Positions 46,691 through 64,000 of a stretch of DNA of 64,000 bases are shown here, piece by piece; within the stretch, counting starts at the first letter, position 1; each line of letters starts with the position of its first letter. The DNA is from the human T2T-CHM13v2.0 reference genome, Homo sapiens: the NCBI RefSeq assembly GCF_009914755.1, contig NC_060943.1; one strand, 5' to 3'. The translations under genes and the position numbers were made by a program. The notes beneath the pieces are model-generated. The model worked only from the letters and a program-made list of their open reading frames with translations. It was not told the origin of the DNA and did no database searches.

Positions 46691-47058
46691 TGGATGGGAG
46701 AATGGAGTCAGGCAGGTGTGTCAGGTGTGCGGGCAAACTGTTGGGTGCCTGTGAAGGATACTGCCGATTTGCCACAGTCCCCATTCACCTCTCACCTCCT
46801 GACACCTAGGCCAGCTGCCTCTGTGGCCATGTGTGCCCAGGGCCTCTGTCATCCTGACCCACTTCACTCATTCAGTTCTCCCAGCCCCAGTGGGCACTGC
46901 AGTGGCGGCCCCTCCTCCGTGTCCCTTGGATTTGATCACTCCAAAGACTCTGCATTCTAAGAACTCCAAGGATAAGAGGGGGAGGGAGGACAGGGCAGGA
47001 GAGTCGCTGAGACCCTGGAAAGCAGGTCCTTGTGCGGCTGCTTGGCTCCAGTACTCAC

Positions 47059-47172
47059 CCCGAGACTTGGCCCGGCCCTGCATGGAGTAGGCAGGGGTGC
47101 AGCTGCGGCCAAAGCGTGTGACTTTGGGGTCCAAGAAGTAGATGGGGCCCGGGCTGGTGTCCTGAGGTGGTG
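47059..47172 (-). CDS. ODF3L2: ODF3L2 exon 3 ([38 protein letters not shown])
   Basis: ccccag|CA acceptor, GG|gtgagt donor, 114 nt; SPGP-Y...PAYS repeat. Confidence 0.94.
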
Positions 47173-47309
47173 CTGGGGAGAGGAGCCCAGAGTGCTGAGA
47201 GTGATTCTGAAGACAGTGCCTGCCCCACCGCCCGGCCTCAGTGCCCCTCTTGGCCCCGAGACACTCCCACCAGGTCAGAGGCCACCCCAGTCCCATCTCG
47301 GAGGGGTCA

Positions 47310-49045
<1,736 letters not shown>

Positions 49046-49277
49046 ATCCCTGGTCATAATCCCATCGCCCCTCCACAGATGCCTGGGCCTCACTCACGTG
49101 ACCACAGACTCGCCTCAAAGTGCTCACTGTGCAGGGCTTAGCCATCAGGACTCCCCATGCTGAAGCACTGACCTTGGCCTCTACCCTGCACCTGGAACCT
49201 TCCAGCCTTTTCTTCTGCCCTCCCCAACCCCTGGCTCAGTGCCCCGCGAGAAATGAACACACCCCAGCTCATCATGA

Positions 49278-49853
<576 letters not shown>

Positions 49854-50117
49854 TAAGCCAGTCCTGGGGACAGGGGGTGCTGACGCCTTCACTGGCATTC
49901 TGGGACCCCTTGCAGCTTCCTGAGTCCCAGTGTGGGCTGGGATTTTTGCTCATTCTGAAGGCTGAGAACAGGCTGCTGTCCTGCCCCTCCTCCAGCCGCC
50001 CCTCCCAGCAGGCCTCTGTCCAAATCCCCACACAAGACCCTTCCGACCGCGCTCCCAGCCCAGCTGGGACCTTGGAGCAGCGGTAGAAAATGGAGGGATG
50101 GAATTTGGGAGCCCTGA

Positions 50118-51370
<1,253 letters not shown>

Positions 51371-51720
51371 CTGCTATTGTTAACTTTTAACAGAAACTGA
51401 GTTGCAAAGCACTTAAGCAATTTGCCTGAGTCCAGGCAGCAAGGAATTGCAAACACGGTAAGGCAGGTACAGGTATTCACCTCCTTACTGCGCTCTTTCT
51501 CCTTCCATTCTCATTATCAATGAAAAAACAGAGAGGGACAGCAGCTTGCCTGAGGTCTCACAGTAAGTAGGAGGTGGAGCAGGTTGTACAGCCCAGCCCT
51601 GCCTGCTTCCTGCCGCACTAACTGGGGGCCTGGATCTAAGGGGTAAGGAGACCCATCAGTGCTCCTGGGGGGAGATTGGAGGATCAGGGAAGCCTCCAGC
51701 CGCCCACTCGCCCGCCTTAC

Positions 51721-51828
51721 CCTCACTGGGCCTCCGGACGAGCGAGTAGGCGGGACTGGCCACCCTGGTGCAGTCGTGGTTGATGAAGCCCACGGTGGAC
51801 GGCAGGACATACAAGCCTGGCCCCGAGC
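51721..51828 (-). CDS. ODF3L2: ODF3L2 exon 2 ([36 protein letters not shown])
   Basis: ctgcag|GC acceptor, AGG|gtaagg donor, 108 nt; ODF3-family GPG-Y-LP-TVG...HD...PAYS motif. Confidence 0.93.
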
Positions 51829-52064
51829 CTGCAGCCCAAAGCCCTCAGGTCACCTCCTGGGCCCAGATTCCCCGAAGAAGGAGCCCTGGACCCAGCTCCT
51901 GAGCCTTAGCCTGGGTTCCCCTCTCCCTCCATGGTGAGGATTGGGGGCCCCGGGGAGCAAGAGGCTGCTGCCCGTCGGGGACAAAATGTGATGCCTGCAT
52001 TGTGAGTCAGACATGAATCACAGAGGAAAAGCTGGGGACAGCAGCCCCCCTCACCCTGGGGCAC

Positions 52065-53306
52065 AGACAGGGAGACTGGGGCCTGAGCCTCCCAGAGATA
52101 CACGGTCACAGGTGGGGAAACTGAGGCCTGAGCCTCCCAGAGATACACGGTCACAGATGGGGAGACTGAGGCCCAGGCAGAGATACACGGTCACAGATGG
52201 GGAAACTGAGGCCCAGGCAGAGATACACGGTCACAGATGGGGAAACTGAGGCCCAGGCAGAGATACATGGTCACAGATGGGGAGACTGAGGCCCAGGCAG
52301 AGATACATGGTCACAGATGGGGAAACTGAGGCCCAGGCAGAGATACACGGTCACAGATGGGGAGACTGAGGCCCAGGCAGAGATACACGGTCACAGATCG
52401 GGAAACTGAGGCCTGAGCCTCCCAGAGATACACGGTCACAGATGGGGAGACTGAGGCCTGAGCCTCCCAGAGATACACGGTCACAGATGGGGAGACTGAG
52501 GCCCAGGCAGAGATACATGGTCACAGATGGGGAAACTGAGGCCCAGGCAGAGATACACGGTCACAGGTGGGGAAACTGAGGCCCAGGCAGAGATACATGG
52601 TCACAGATGGGGAGACTGAGGCCTGAGCCTCCCAGAGATACACGGTCACAGATGGGGAAACTGAGGGCCAGGCAGAGATACACGGTCACAGATGGGGAGA
52701 CTGAGGCCCAGGCAGAGATACATGGTCACAGATGGGGAAACTGAGGCCCAGGCAGAGATACACAGTCACAGATGGGGAGACTGAGGCCTGAGCCTCCCAG
52801 AGATACACGGTCACAGATGGGGAGACTGAGGCCCAGGCAGAGATACATGGTCACAGATGGGGAAACTGAGGCCCAGGCAGAGATACACGATCACAGATGG
52901 GGAGACTGAGGCCCAGGCAGAGATACACGATCACAGATGGGGAGACTGAGGCCTGAGCCTCCCAGAGATACACGGTCACAGATGGGGAAACTGAGGGCCA
53001 GGCAGAGATACACGGTCACAGATGGGGAGACTGAGGCCCAGGCAGAGATACACGGTCACAGATGGGGAGACTGAGGCCCAGGCAGAGATACACGGTCACA
53101 GATGGGGAAACTGAGGCCCAGGCAGAGATACACGGTCACAGATGGGGAAACTGAGGCCCAGGCAGAGATACACGGTCACAGATGGGGAAACTGAGGCCCA
53201 GGCAGAGACACACGGTCACAGATGGGGAAACTGAGGCCCAGGCAGAGATACACGATCACAGATGGGGAGACTGAGGCCTGAGCCTCCCAGAGATACACGG
53301 TCACAG
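52065..53306. repeat. VNTR, 40-bp unit (longer variant with TGAGCCTCC) CAGAGATACACGGTCACAGATGGGGAAACTGAGGCCCAGG, about 29 copies
   Basis: Period 40 at 52141/52181; contains the MIR core ACAGATGGGGAAACTGAGGC. Confidence 0.94.
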
Positions 53307-53862
53307 ACGCCATGTGTTGTGGCTTCTGCAGAATCTCGATGCCACAGGGATCAGGAGAGACCACAGAACCAGCCCGAGGACCTGGCTTGGGGCCTGACTC
53401 CAGCCGCTAATTGTGGGTGAGGAAACTGCGGCCCGTCCTGGGCCCTCACCGAGGCCAGCAGCTGATGTGGCTCCCAGCAGAGCCGCCTCCGCACACGCGC
53501 CCCTCGCCCTGCCCCACGTTGTCTAGGGCGCCCGTCCCTGAGGGCCACGCTGGAAATATTCCCTCCTCCCCGCGTCTCCCGCATGATCGCTGTGGCTTTG
53601 CCCACTGCTGTACCCACAGCCCCTGGAAGGGGACCCGGCTGGCAAAGCACGCAGCTTCCGTTGGACAGACACATACTCGGGGCTCACGGCAACCCCGTGT
53701 CCACACCCATCCTGCCGGAAGGAAAACTGAGGTCTGGGGAAGGGCAAGGACTTGCCTGAAACTCCTGCCTCCTGCTGGGCTCCCAGAACATTCCAGAAGC
53801 CCCAGAAGTATGGGGAGTGGAGCAGGAAAAGGTCCCACCCATCCCCCACGGCTGGCACGCAC

Positions 53863-53989
53863 CGTTCTCCAGGGTGGCCGTCCCACAGGACTTCCTCAGG
53901 CCGGTCTCCGGAATCTGGCCCTCCGTCACTCGCCGGCCAAGGGGGGCTGTGGCCAGCCGTGGGGTGGAGTCGCAGCTGAGGGTCCCCAT
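53863..53989 (-). CDS. ODF3L2: ODF3L2/CIMAP1D coding exon 1 ([12 protein letters not shown]...ATLEN)
   Basis: ATG at 53989, donor ACG|gtgcgt, 127 nt; four exons total 870 nt = 289 aa plus stop. Confidence 0.88.
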
Positions 53990-55017
53990 GGTGGGCAGGC
54001 GATGGCCCCCACAGCACCCACGGGGCCTGGTGCTACCTTCTGAGCCGCAGCAGCTCTGGCGGCCACAGGCCCAGGCACCGTCCCCACCTTCACGGCCTCA
54101 CCACACCCTCCCACGACCACAGCCGCACAGACGGCCTCTTGTCCCGCAGCAGGGAGTCGTGGGGCCCTGGCCCAAGGCAGGCTGGTCGGCCGGACACTGG
54201 CCTGGAAGTGGGGCCGGGATCGAGTGTCGGCCAGGCGGCTGGACGGTCCAGGAAAGAGTCCGGTGTCAGCAGAGTGCGTCTCCCGGGAGCCGGCAGAGCT
54301 GGGCAGCTGGGGCCAGGGCCGGCCCCAGGGAACTAGACCTGCAAACATGACACCCACAGCCTTGCAGCAGGAGGGCCTGGCGGGGTCGTGGGTGGCGTGG
54401 CCCCGTTTCTACACCTGGGGAAACTGAGGCACAGCCCAAGGTCATACAGCAAGTACACAACTCTGGGAGTTTCAGCTCTGAGCCAAGAAGCATTCACTGC
54501 CTCATCCTGTCACTCATTCCTGCCAAAGCATGTACTGGGCACCTACTGTGTACCAGCCTCTGTTGGGGGTGGTGAGAACTGGACACGAACAGACGGAAAA
54601 GAAGGAGATGTTCTCAGGATGGGAGAGAGAAAGTCGTCAGTAAATGTGATAAGTGAACACAGTCTGGTGTATGAGGAGGCACTGAACGTGAGGGAAAACG
54701 CAGACAGGTTTGGGGCCCAGGGTAGCAGTGTGGGTGTGGGTGAGCCCCACGGAGAAGGTAAAACTGAACAGTCCCAAAGCAGGTGAGGAGGCAGCCGTGC
54801 AGAGGCCCTGGGGCAGCGGCGAGGACAGCGGGGAGGTGAGAGCCGTCCTCACTGCCTCCCAGATGCCTCCGAGATTTAAACCACAATGGATTTTGATACA
54901 TTCAAGGCGACCACTGCGTGAGGCTCCAAGAAGAGGCTCAGAAAACTGCCAGATGAGATGCACGTTCCTGTCTCTTCCTTGTTTGTTTCTGTATTTTTTG
55001 GAGCCTTTTGCAGTGTA

Positions 55018-57143
<2,126 letters not shown>

Positions 57144-58287
57144 TGACCATCCGGACCTGCTTTCCCTCCCTCGAGCCCCTAAGACGGTCTCCACCTCGGC
57201 CTCTGCCTGAGCTCTCTCTACCTGAGATGCCTCTGCCAGCAAACCAACCCTCGCTGGCCCCTTCCTCGGTCACGAGGGCCCCCAGCCCACAGGCCCTGTC
57301 ACTGCCCAACCTTGGACACACCATTTGCTCGTTTCCAGAGGCAGCACAACTCCAGAGCCACAGCAGGGATGGGTGCCGAGGAGGGAGAGAGGAGGAAAGG
57401 CCCCAACCTCCCTCGACCAAAGCTGCTCCTTCACCAAAACCAGCCGAAGTGCAGGACCCCAGGGGCTCCCACGGCTAAAGAGACAGAGGGGACAAGGGCC
57501 TGGAAGGTGTTCCCCCAACCCCATCCCTCCTCACATCCGGGTCACCAGGTCCAGGCCACACCAGACAGCCACTAAAGGCAGACAGCCAGAGACTTGGTTC
57601 CAGCCCGGACTCGGCCCCACCTGCCTCCGTTTCCCCATTTTACGTGGGGTGGAACCAAAAGCTAACACAGGGAAGACAGGATGGGAAGCCGGCCAAGCCG
57701 ACAGCATGTTGCTGGGAGGACGCTGAGGGCCGGCAGCCTCGCCAGAACGAGCTGGGGCCCCTCCAGCCACCAGTCCCCTTCTGATCTGATCGCACCAGAT
57801 TCTATCAACTCTGTCTTCAGCTCAGAGCTTGTCGCAACTGCCAAGCAAAGAGCTTGCAAATGAGATGCAAATGAATTCAACACACATGCAGATGAGCCCT
57901 GATTTTAATCCTGCCTGCTCGACAGAAGAGACTAAATCACAACAGTGAAAAAAAGGGAGGCTGGACCGGATGAGAGGCCGGAGGCCGGCCCTACGTCCAC
58001 CCGCCCAGCTGCCGGCTGCAGGCGAGGGACGTCACTGCCCGGCCTGGGTGTCCTGGGTGGGAGGTGACTCCGTTGGTGCTCCCGAGACCCTTGTTCTCAC
58101 CGTAATTAGGAACTCAGCCAGTGTTTATTTGGGGCCAGGCCCTGCTCAGGTGCTGGGAAAACGGGAGAGGACAAAACACACAAGTTCCTCGTCCTCCCTT
58201 TCCCTTCGAGACAGGCAGGCAGATAAGTGAAACTTACGTGAGTGCAGAGGGCACGTCGCGCTATGGAGGAAACGTGGGCGAAGGGGG

Positions 58288-59262
<975 letters not shown>

Positions 59263-59656
59263 GGGTGGTTGGTGGTGTGAGCGTCTGCGATGTGAACTGG
59301 GAGGTCGGGAGCCTCGCGGAGAAGGTCACGCTCCAGCAGAGACCAGAGGAGAAGCCGAACTCGGGAGGCGGGCGAGGCATTCCAGGCTGACAGGAACTGC
59401 ACGCACAGAGGCCCTGGGGCAGGACCTGCCTGGTGTGTAGGAGAAACAGCGACGAGGCCCGTGCAGCTGGAGCAGCGTGAGCAAGGAGAAGAGGAGCCGG
59501 GAGGAAGCCGATGCGGCGGGTCCTGCACGGCCTGTGGACTGTGGGGACACGGGTGACGTGTGAGCAGGGACGCGTCCCAATCAGAGCTCACAAGCGCCCT
59601 CTGGTGACATCTGGGAGAGCAAAACGTGGGCGGTGCCGGGAGAGGGCGTCACATGC

Positions 59657-62112
59657 TGGGAAGGATGATGAGGATGGATGACAGGAAGGATGATAGGGGA
59701 GGATGATGGGAAGGATGATGGGGAAGGATGATGGTAAGGATGATGGAGAAGGATGATGGAGAAGGATGATGGGGAAGGATGATGGGGAAGGATGATGGGG
59801 AAGGATGATGGAGAACGATGATGGAGAACGATGATGGAGAAGGAATGTGGGAAGGTGATGGGGAAGGATGATGGGAAGGATGATGGGGAAGGATGATGGT
59901 AAGGATGATGGAGAAGGATGATGGAGAAGGATGATGGGGAAGGATGATGGGGAACGATGATGGAGAACGATGATGGAGAACGATGATGGAGAAGGAATGT
60001 GGGAAGGTGATGGGGAAGGATGATGGGAAGGATGATGGAGAAGGATGATGGAGAAGGATGATGGAGAACGATGATGGAGAACGATGATGGAGAAGGAATG
60101 TGGGAAGGATGATGGGAAGGATGATGGAGAACGATGATGGAAAACGATGATGGAGAATGATGATGCAGAAGGAATGTGGGAAGGATGATGGGGAAGGATG
60201 ATGGAAAGGATGATGGGAAGGATGATGGAGAACGATGATGGAAAACGATGATGGAGAACGATGATGGAGAAGGAATGTGGGAAGGATGATGGGGAAGGAT
60301 GATGGGAAGGATGATGGAGAAGGAATGTGGGAAGGATGATGGGGAAGGATGATGGAGAACGATGATGGAAAACGATGACGGAGAATGATGATGGAGAAGG
60401 AATGTGGGAAGGATGATGGGGAAGGATGATGGAAAGGATGATGGGAAGGATGATGGAGAACGATGATGGAGAACGATGATGGAGAAGGAATGTGGGAAGG
60501 ATGATGGGGAAGGATGATGGAGAAGGAATGTGGGAAGGATGATGGGGAAGGATGATGAGAAGGATGATGGGGAAGGATGATGGGAAGGATGATGGGAAGG
60601 ATGATGGGAAAAGATGATGGGAAAGTATGATGGGAAGGATGATGGAGAAGGAATGTGGGAAGGATGATGGGGAAGGATGATGGAAAGGATGATGGGAAGG
60701 ATGATGGAGAACGATGATGGAGAAGGAATGTGGGAAGGATGATGGGGAAGGATGATGGAGAAGGAATGTGGGAAGGATGATGGGGAAGGATGATGAGAAG
60801 GATGATGGGGAAGGATGATGGGAAGGATGATGGGAAGGATGATGGGAAAAGATGATGGGAAAGTATGATGGGAAGGATGATGGGAAGGATGATGGAGAAC
60901 GATGATGGAGAAGGATGATGGAGAAGGATGATGGGAAGGATGATGGAGAACGATGATGGAGAAGGAATGTGGGAAGGATGATGGGGAAGGATGATGGGGA
61001 AGGATGATGGGGAAGGATGATAGGGAAGGATGATGGGAAGGATGATGGAGAACGATGATGGAAAACGATGGAGAACGATGATGGAGAAGGAATGTAGGAA
61101 GGATGATGGGAAGGATGATGGAGAAGGATGATGGAAAACAATGATGGAGAACGATGATGGAGAAGGAATGTGGGAAGGTGATGGGGAAGGATGATGGGAA
61201 GGATGATGGGGAAGGATGATGGTAAGGATGATGGAGAAGGATGATGGAGAAGGATGATGGGGAAGGATGATGGGGAAGGATGATGGAGAACGATGATGGA
61301 GAACGATGATGGAGAACGATGATGGAGAAGGAATGTGGGAAGGATGATGGGAAGGATGATGGAGAACGATGATGGAAAATGATGATGGAAAACGATGATG
61401 GAGAATGATGATGGAGAAGGAATGTGGGAAGGATGATGGGGAAGGATGATGGAAAGGATGATGGGAAGGATGATGGAGAACGATGATGGAGAACGATGAT
61501 GGAAAACGATGATGGAGAACGATGATGGAGAAGGAATGTGGGAAGGATGATGGGAAGGATGATGGAGAAGGAATGTGGGAAGGATGATGGAGAACGATGA
61601 TGGAAAACGATGACGGAGAATGATGATGGAGAAGGAATGTGGGAAGGATGATGGGGAAGGATGATGGAAAGGATGATGGGAAGGATGATGGAGAACGATG
61701 ATGGAGAACGATGATGGAAAACGATGATGGAGAAGGAATGTGGGAAGGATGATGGGAAGGATGATGGAGAAGGAATGTGGGAAGGATGATGGGGAAGGAT
61801 GATGATAAGGATGATGGGGAAGGATGATGGGAAGGATGATGGGAAGGATGATGGGAAAAGATGATGGGAAAGGATGATGGGAAGGATGATGGGAAGGATG
61901 ATGGGAAGGATGATGGGAAGGATGATGGGGAAGGATGATGGGGAAGGATGATGGGGAAGGATGATGGGGAAGGATGATGGAGGATGATGGAGAAGGATGA
62001 TGGGAAGGATGGTGGGAAGGATGATGGAGAAGGATGATGGGAAGGACAATGGGAGGATGACCGAGAAGGATGATTGGAGGATGATGGGAAAGGATAATGG
62101 GAAGGATGATGG
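59657..62112. repeat. Purine-rich 12-13-bp repeat (GGATGATGGG(G)AA / CGATGATGGAGAA / GGAATGTGGGAA)n, about 2.45 kb
   Basis: Read directly. Confidence 0.95.
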
Positions 62113-62212
62113 CAACCAAGACCAACTCATCTTCACCAAGCTCATGGTGTAGCCAGAAAGTTGATCACCCACAACAGCACTGCCCACCAGAAACAGACTG
62201 AGAACCTCCTAC

Positions 62213-62990
62213 TTTTTTTTTTTTTTTTTTTTGAGACAATATGTTGCTCTATCACCCAGGCTGGAGAGTGCAGTGGTGCAATCATAGCTCACTGGAGCCT
62301 CCAACTTCTGGGCTGAAGTGATCTTCCCACTTCAGCCTCTGGAGTAGCTAGGACTATAGGCATGTGTCACCATCCCTGGCTAATTTCTTTTTTGTGTGTG
62401 GAGATGGGATCTTGCTATGTTGCCCAGGCTGGTCTTTAACTCCTGGCCTCAAGCAATCCCCCTGCCTTAGTCTCCCAAAGCACTGGGTTTACAGGCATGA
62501 ACCACCATGCTCGGCCATTTTTAAATTTTCTAGTAGTTGTATCAAAAAAAGAGAAACACGTGAAATTAATTTTAATAATACATTTTATTAACCCCCATAT
62601 GCAAAATAATATCATTTCTGCATATGAACATTACAGGTGAGATATTTCACATTCTTCTTTTCATGCTGTCCTCCCAGCCTGGCATGTTTTGCACTCTCTG
62701 CCTCAGTGTGGAGCGTCCACAGTTCCAGTGCTCCAGCGTCACCTGTGACCTGTGGACGCTGTGTCGGGCAGCACAGGTCTAGAGAGTAGAGCCTAGGACT
62801 GATCCCTTGGGCCAGTGGTGCTCAGCCATGGGTGTTGCTGCCCCCAGGGGACACTTGGCTATGTCTGGAGACATTCTTGGCTGCCAGGACCAGGAGTGCT
62901 GATGACATCTAGTGACTGGAGAACTACAACGCTGTTCCTCCCAACAGAAGACCCTCAAATGTCAATGGTGTCAAGATGGGGAAATGCTGC
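62213..62990. mobile_element. Old Alu 62213-62516 (-), MER33/MER3-like 62520-62785, MER20-like 62815-62990
   Basis: ttaaattttctagtag...gtgaaattaattttaataata and tgcccccaggggacacttggc.atgtctggagacatt signatures. Confidence 0.7.
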
Positions 62991-64000
62991 CTTAGTGGAT
63001 GGGCACTTATTAATCGCCTACTGCATACAGGGTGAGATCGCAGGGCGTCCTTGGCATACAGCAGATTACTCATGCAGAACGGCTCTGCTGCCAGCTCTGT
63101 GCTCACAGGCGCCACCCCACGAGCTGTTCCATGCCTATCACCATGGACAGAGGCGGAGGTCACAAAGCCAGCAGGAGTGTGGACCTAGGACTCAAGTCCA
63201 GAATGTTCTTGGCCCTGCACTGTCCTGCCCACCTACACCTGCCAGTCTGAATGTCACCCACCCTGGCCGCCATCATACGACCGCCCCAGCCCCGCCCCTC
63301 GACGGGCACCGAGGCTATTCCCACTTCACCTCCTTTACAATTTCCTGCAGTGAACTTCCCAGGCAGACCTCCTGCGCCCATGAACCAGGGTTTCTGGATT
63401 AGACACTGTGTGGTCCCTGATGAGTCACTGCACCACTGTGCATGTGTTTCCTCCTCTGAAAAACGGGCATATGTCAGCCTGACTCCACAGGGTCACTCTG
63501 AAGACAAGGGCATCTGGCCCCTTATCATTCAAACATCCTCTTCCAGCCTTCCCTCACTCCAGCAAATGGCACCTCCAGACCCATGCTGACTTGGATCCAA
63601 ACCCCTGGGGCCGCTTCCTGGATCCAAAGCCCACTCAGCAGCTGACTGCTGCTCTCCACCTCACAGCCACGGCCCAGTCCAGGGCCCCATCCCCCCCCAA
63701 CACCCACCCCCACCTCCTCAGGGATCCCTGGGACGCCTCTCCCAGCCCCAAAAGGCCACTCTATGTCAGCCAGAGCCAGCTCTTCACACATGACCATGGG
63801 AAGCCCTACAGACGCCCATCCTGGCTGCCACTGTGTCTAGCACAGGCTCCTCCCCGACAGACCTCCACCTGCCTGAGTCCCCTCACCACTCCCCCAGGCA
63901 CGCAGGCTCACCCTCGTTCCAGTGACATGGAGCTATGAGATCATGGTGGGCTGAAATCAACAGACCAGGGGTTCCCAACCCAGGTGACTGCCCCCAGGGG

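Noticed and set aside
44268-46784. Long H/P-rich ORFs in ODF3L2 intron 3
   Set aside because: (TCCA)n repeat artefact.
53680-53695. Possible RFX X-box (CACGGCAAC) near ODF3L2 exon 1
   Set aside because: Only a half-site match; too weak to call.
59581-62187. 868-aa and 845-aa minus-strand ORFs
   Set aside because: Stop-free simple repeat; no splice or promoter support.

Overview
Vertebrate (by recognition human, chr19p13.3 subtelomeric) genomic DNA, GC-rich and dense in Alus and tandem repeats. Two minus-strand spliced genes can be rebuilt by hand. (1) SHC2 (ShcB/Sck adaptor) exons 1-10 span 40501 to 1337; all junctions are GT-AG with consistent phases. They encode the N-terminal region, the PTB domain and the CH1 region with YYNS and YVNT motifs; the SH2 exons lie left of the window. 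(2) ODF3L2/CIMAP1D is complete: 4 coding exons, 289 aa, PGP repeats, 53989 to 43345. A CpG island at about 39.6-41.8 kb covers the SHC2 promoter. The rest is at least 15 minisatellite/simple-repeat arrays (roughly 20 kb), about 30 Alus, and old L1, L2, MIR, MaLR, MER elements plus a solo ERV LTR. The long ORFs in the track are repeat artefacts. I see no wholly new gene system. The most interesting signal is that the intronic VNTRs around the frameshifting SHC2 exon 9 read, on the transcribed strand, as dense arrays of neuronal splicing-factor motifs (RBFOX UGCAUG/GCACG downstream, NOVA YCAY upstream). Several VNTRs also appear to have been born inside old transposons. Repeat family names and boundaries are by eye and approximate.
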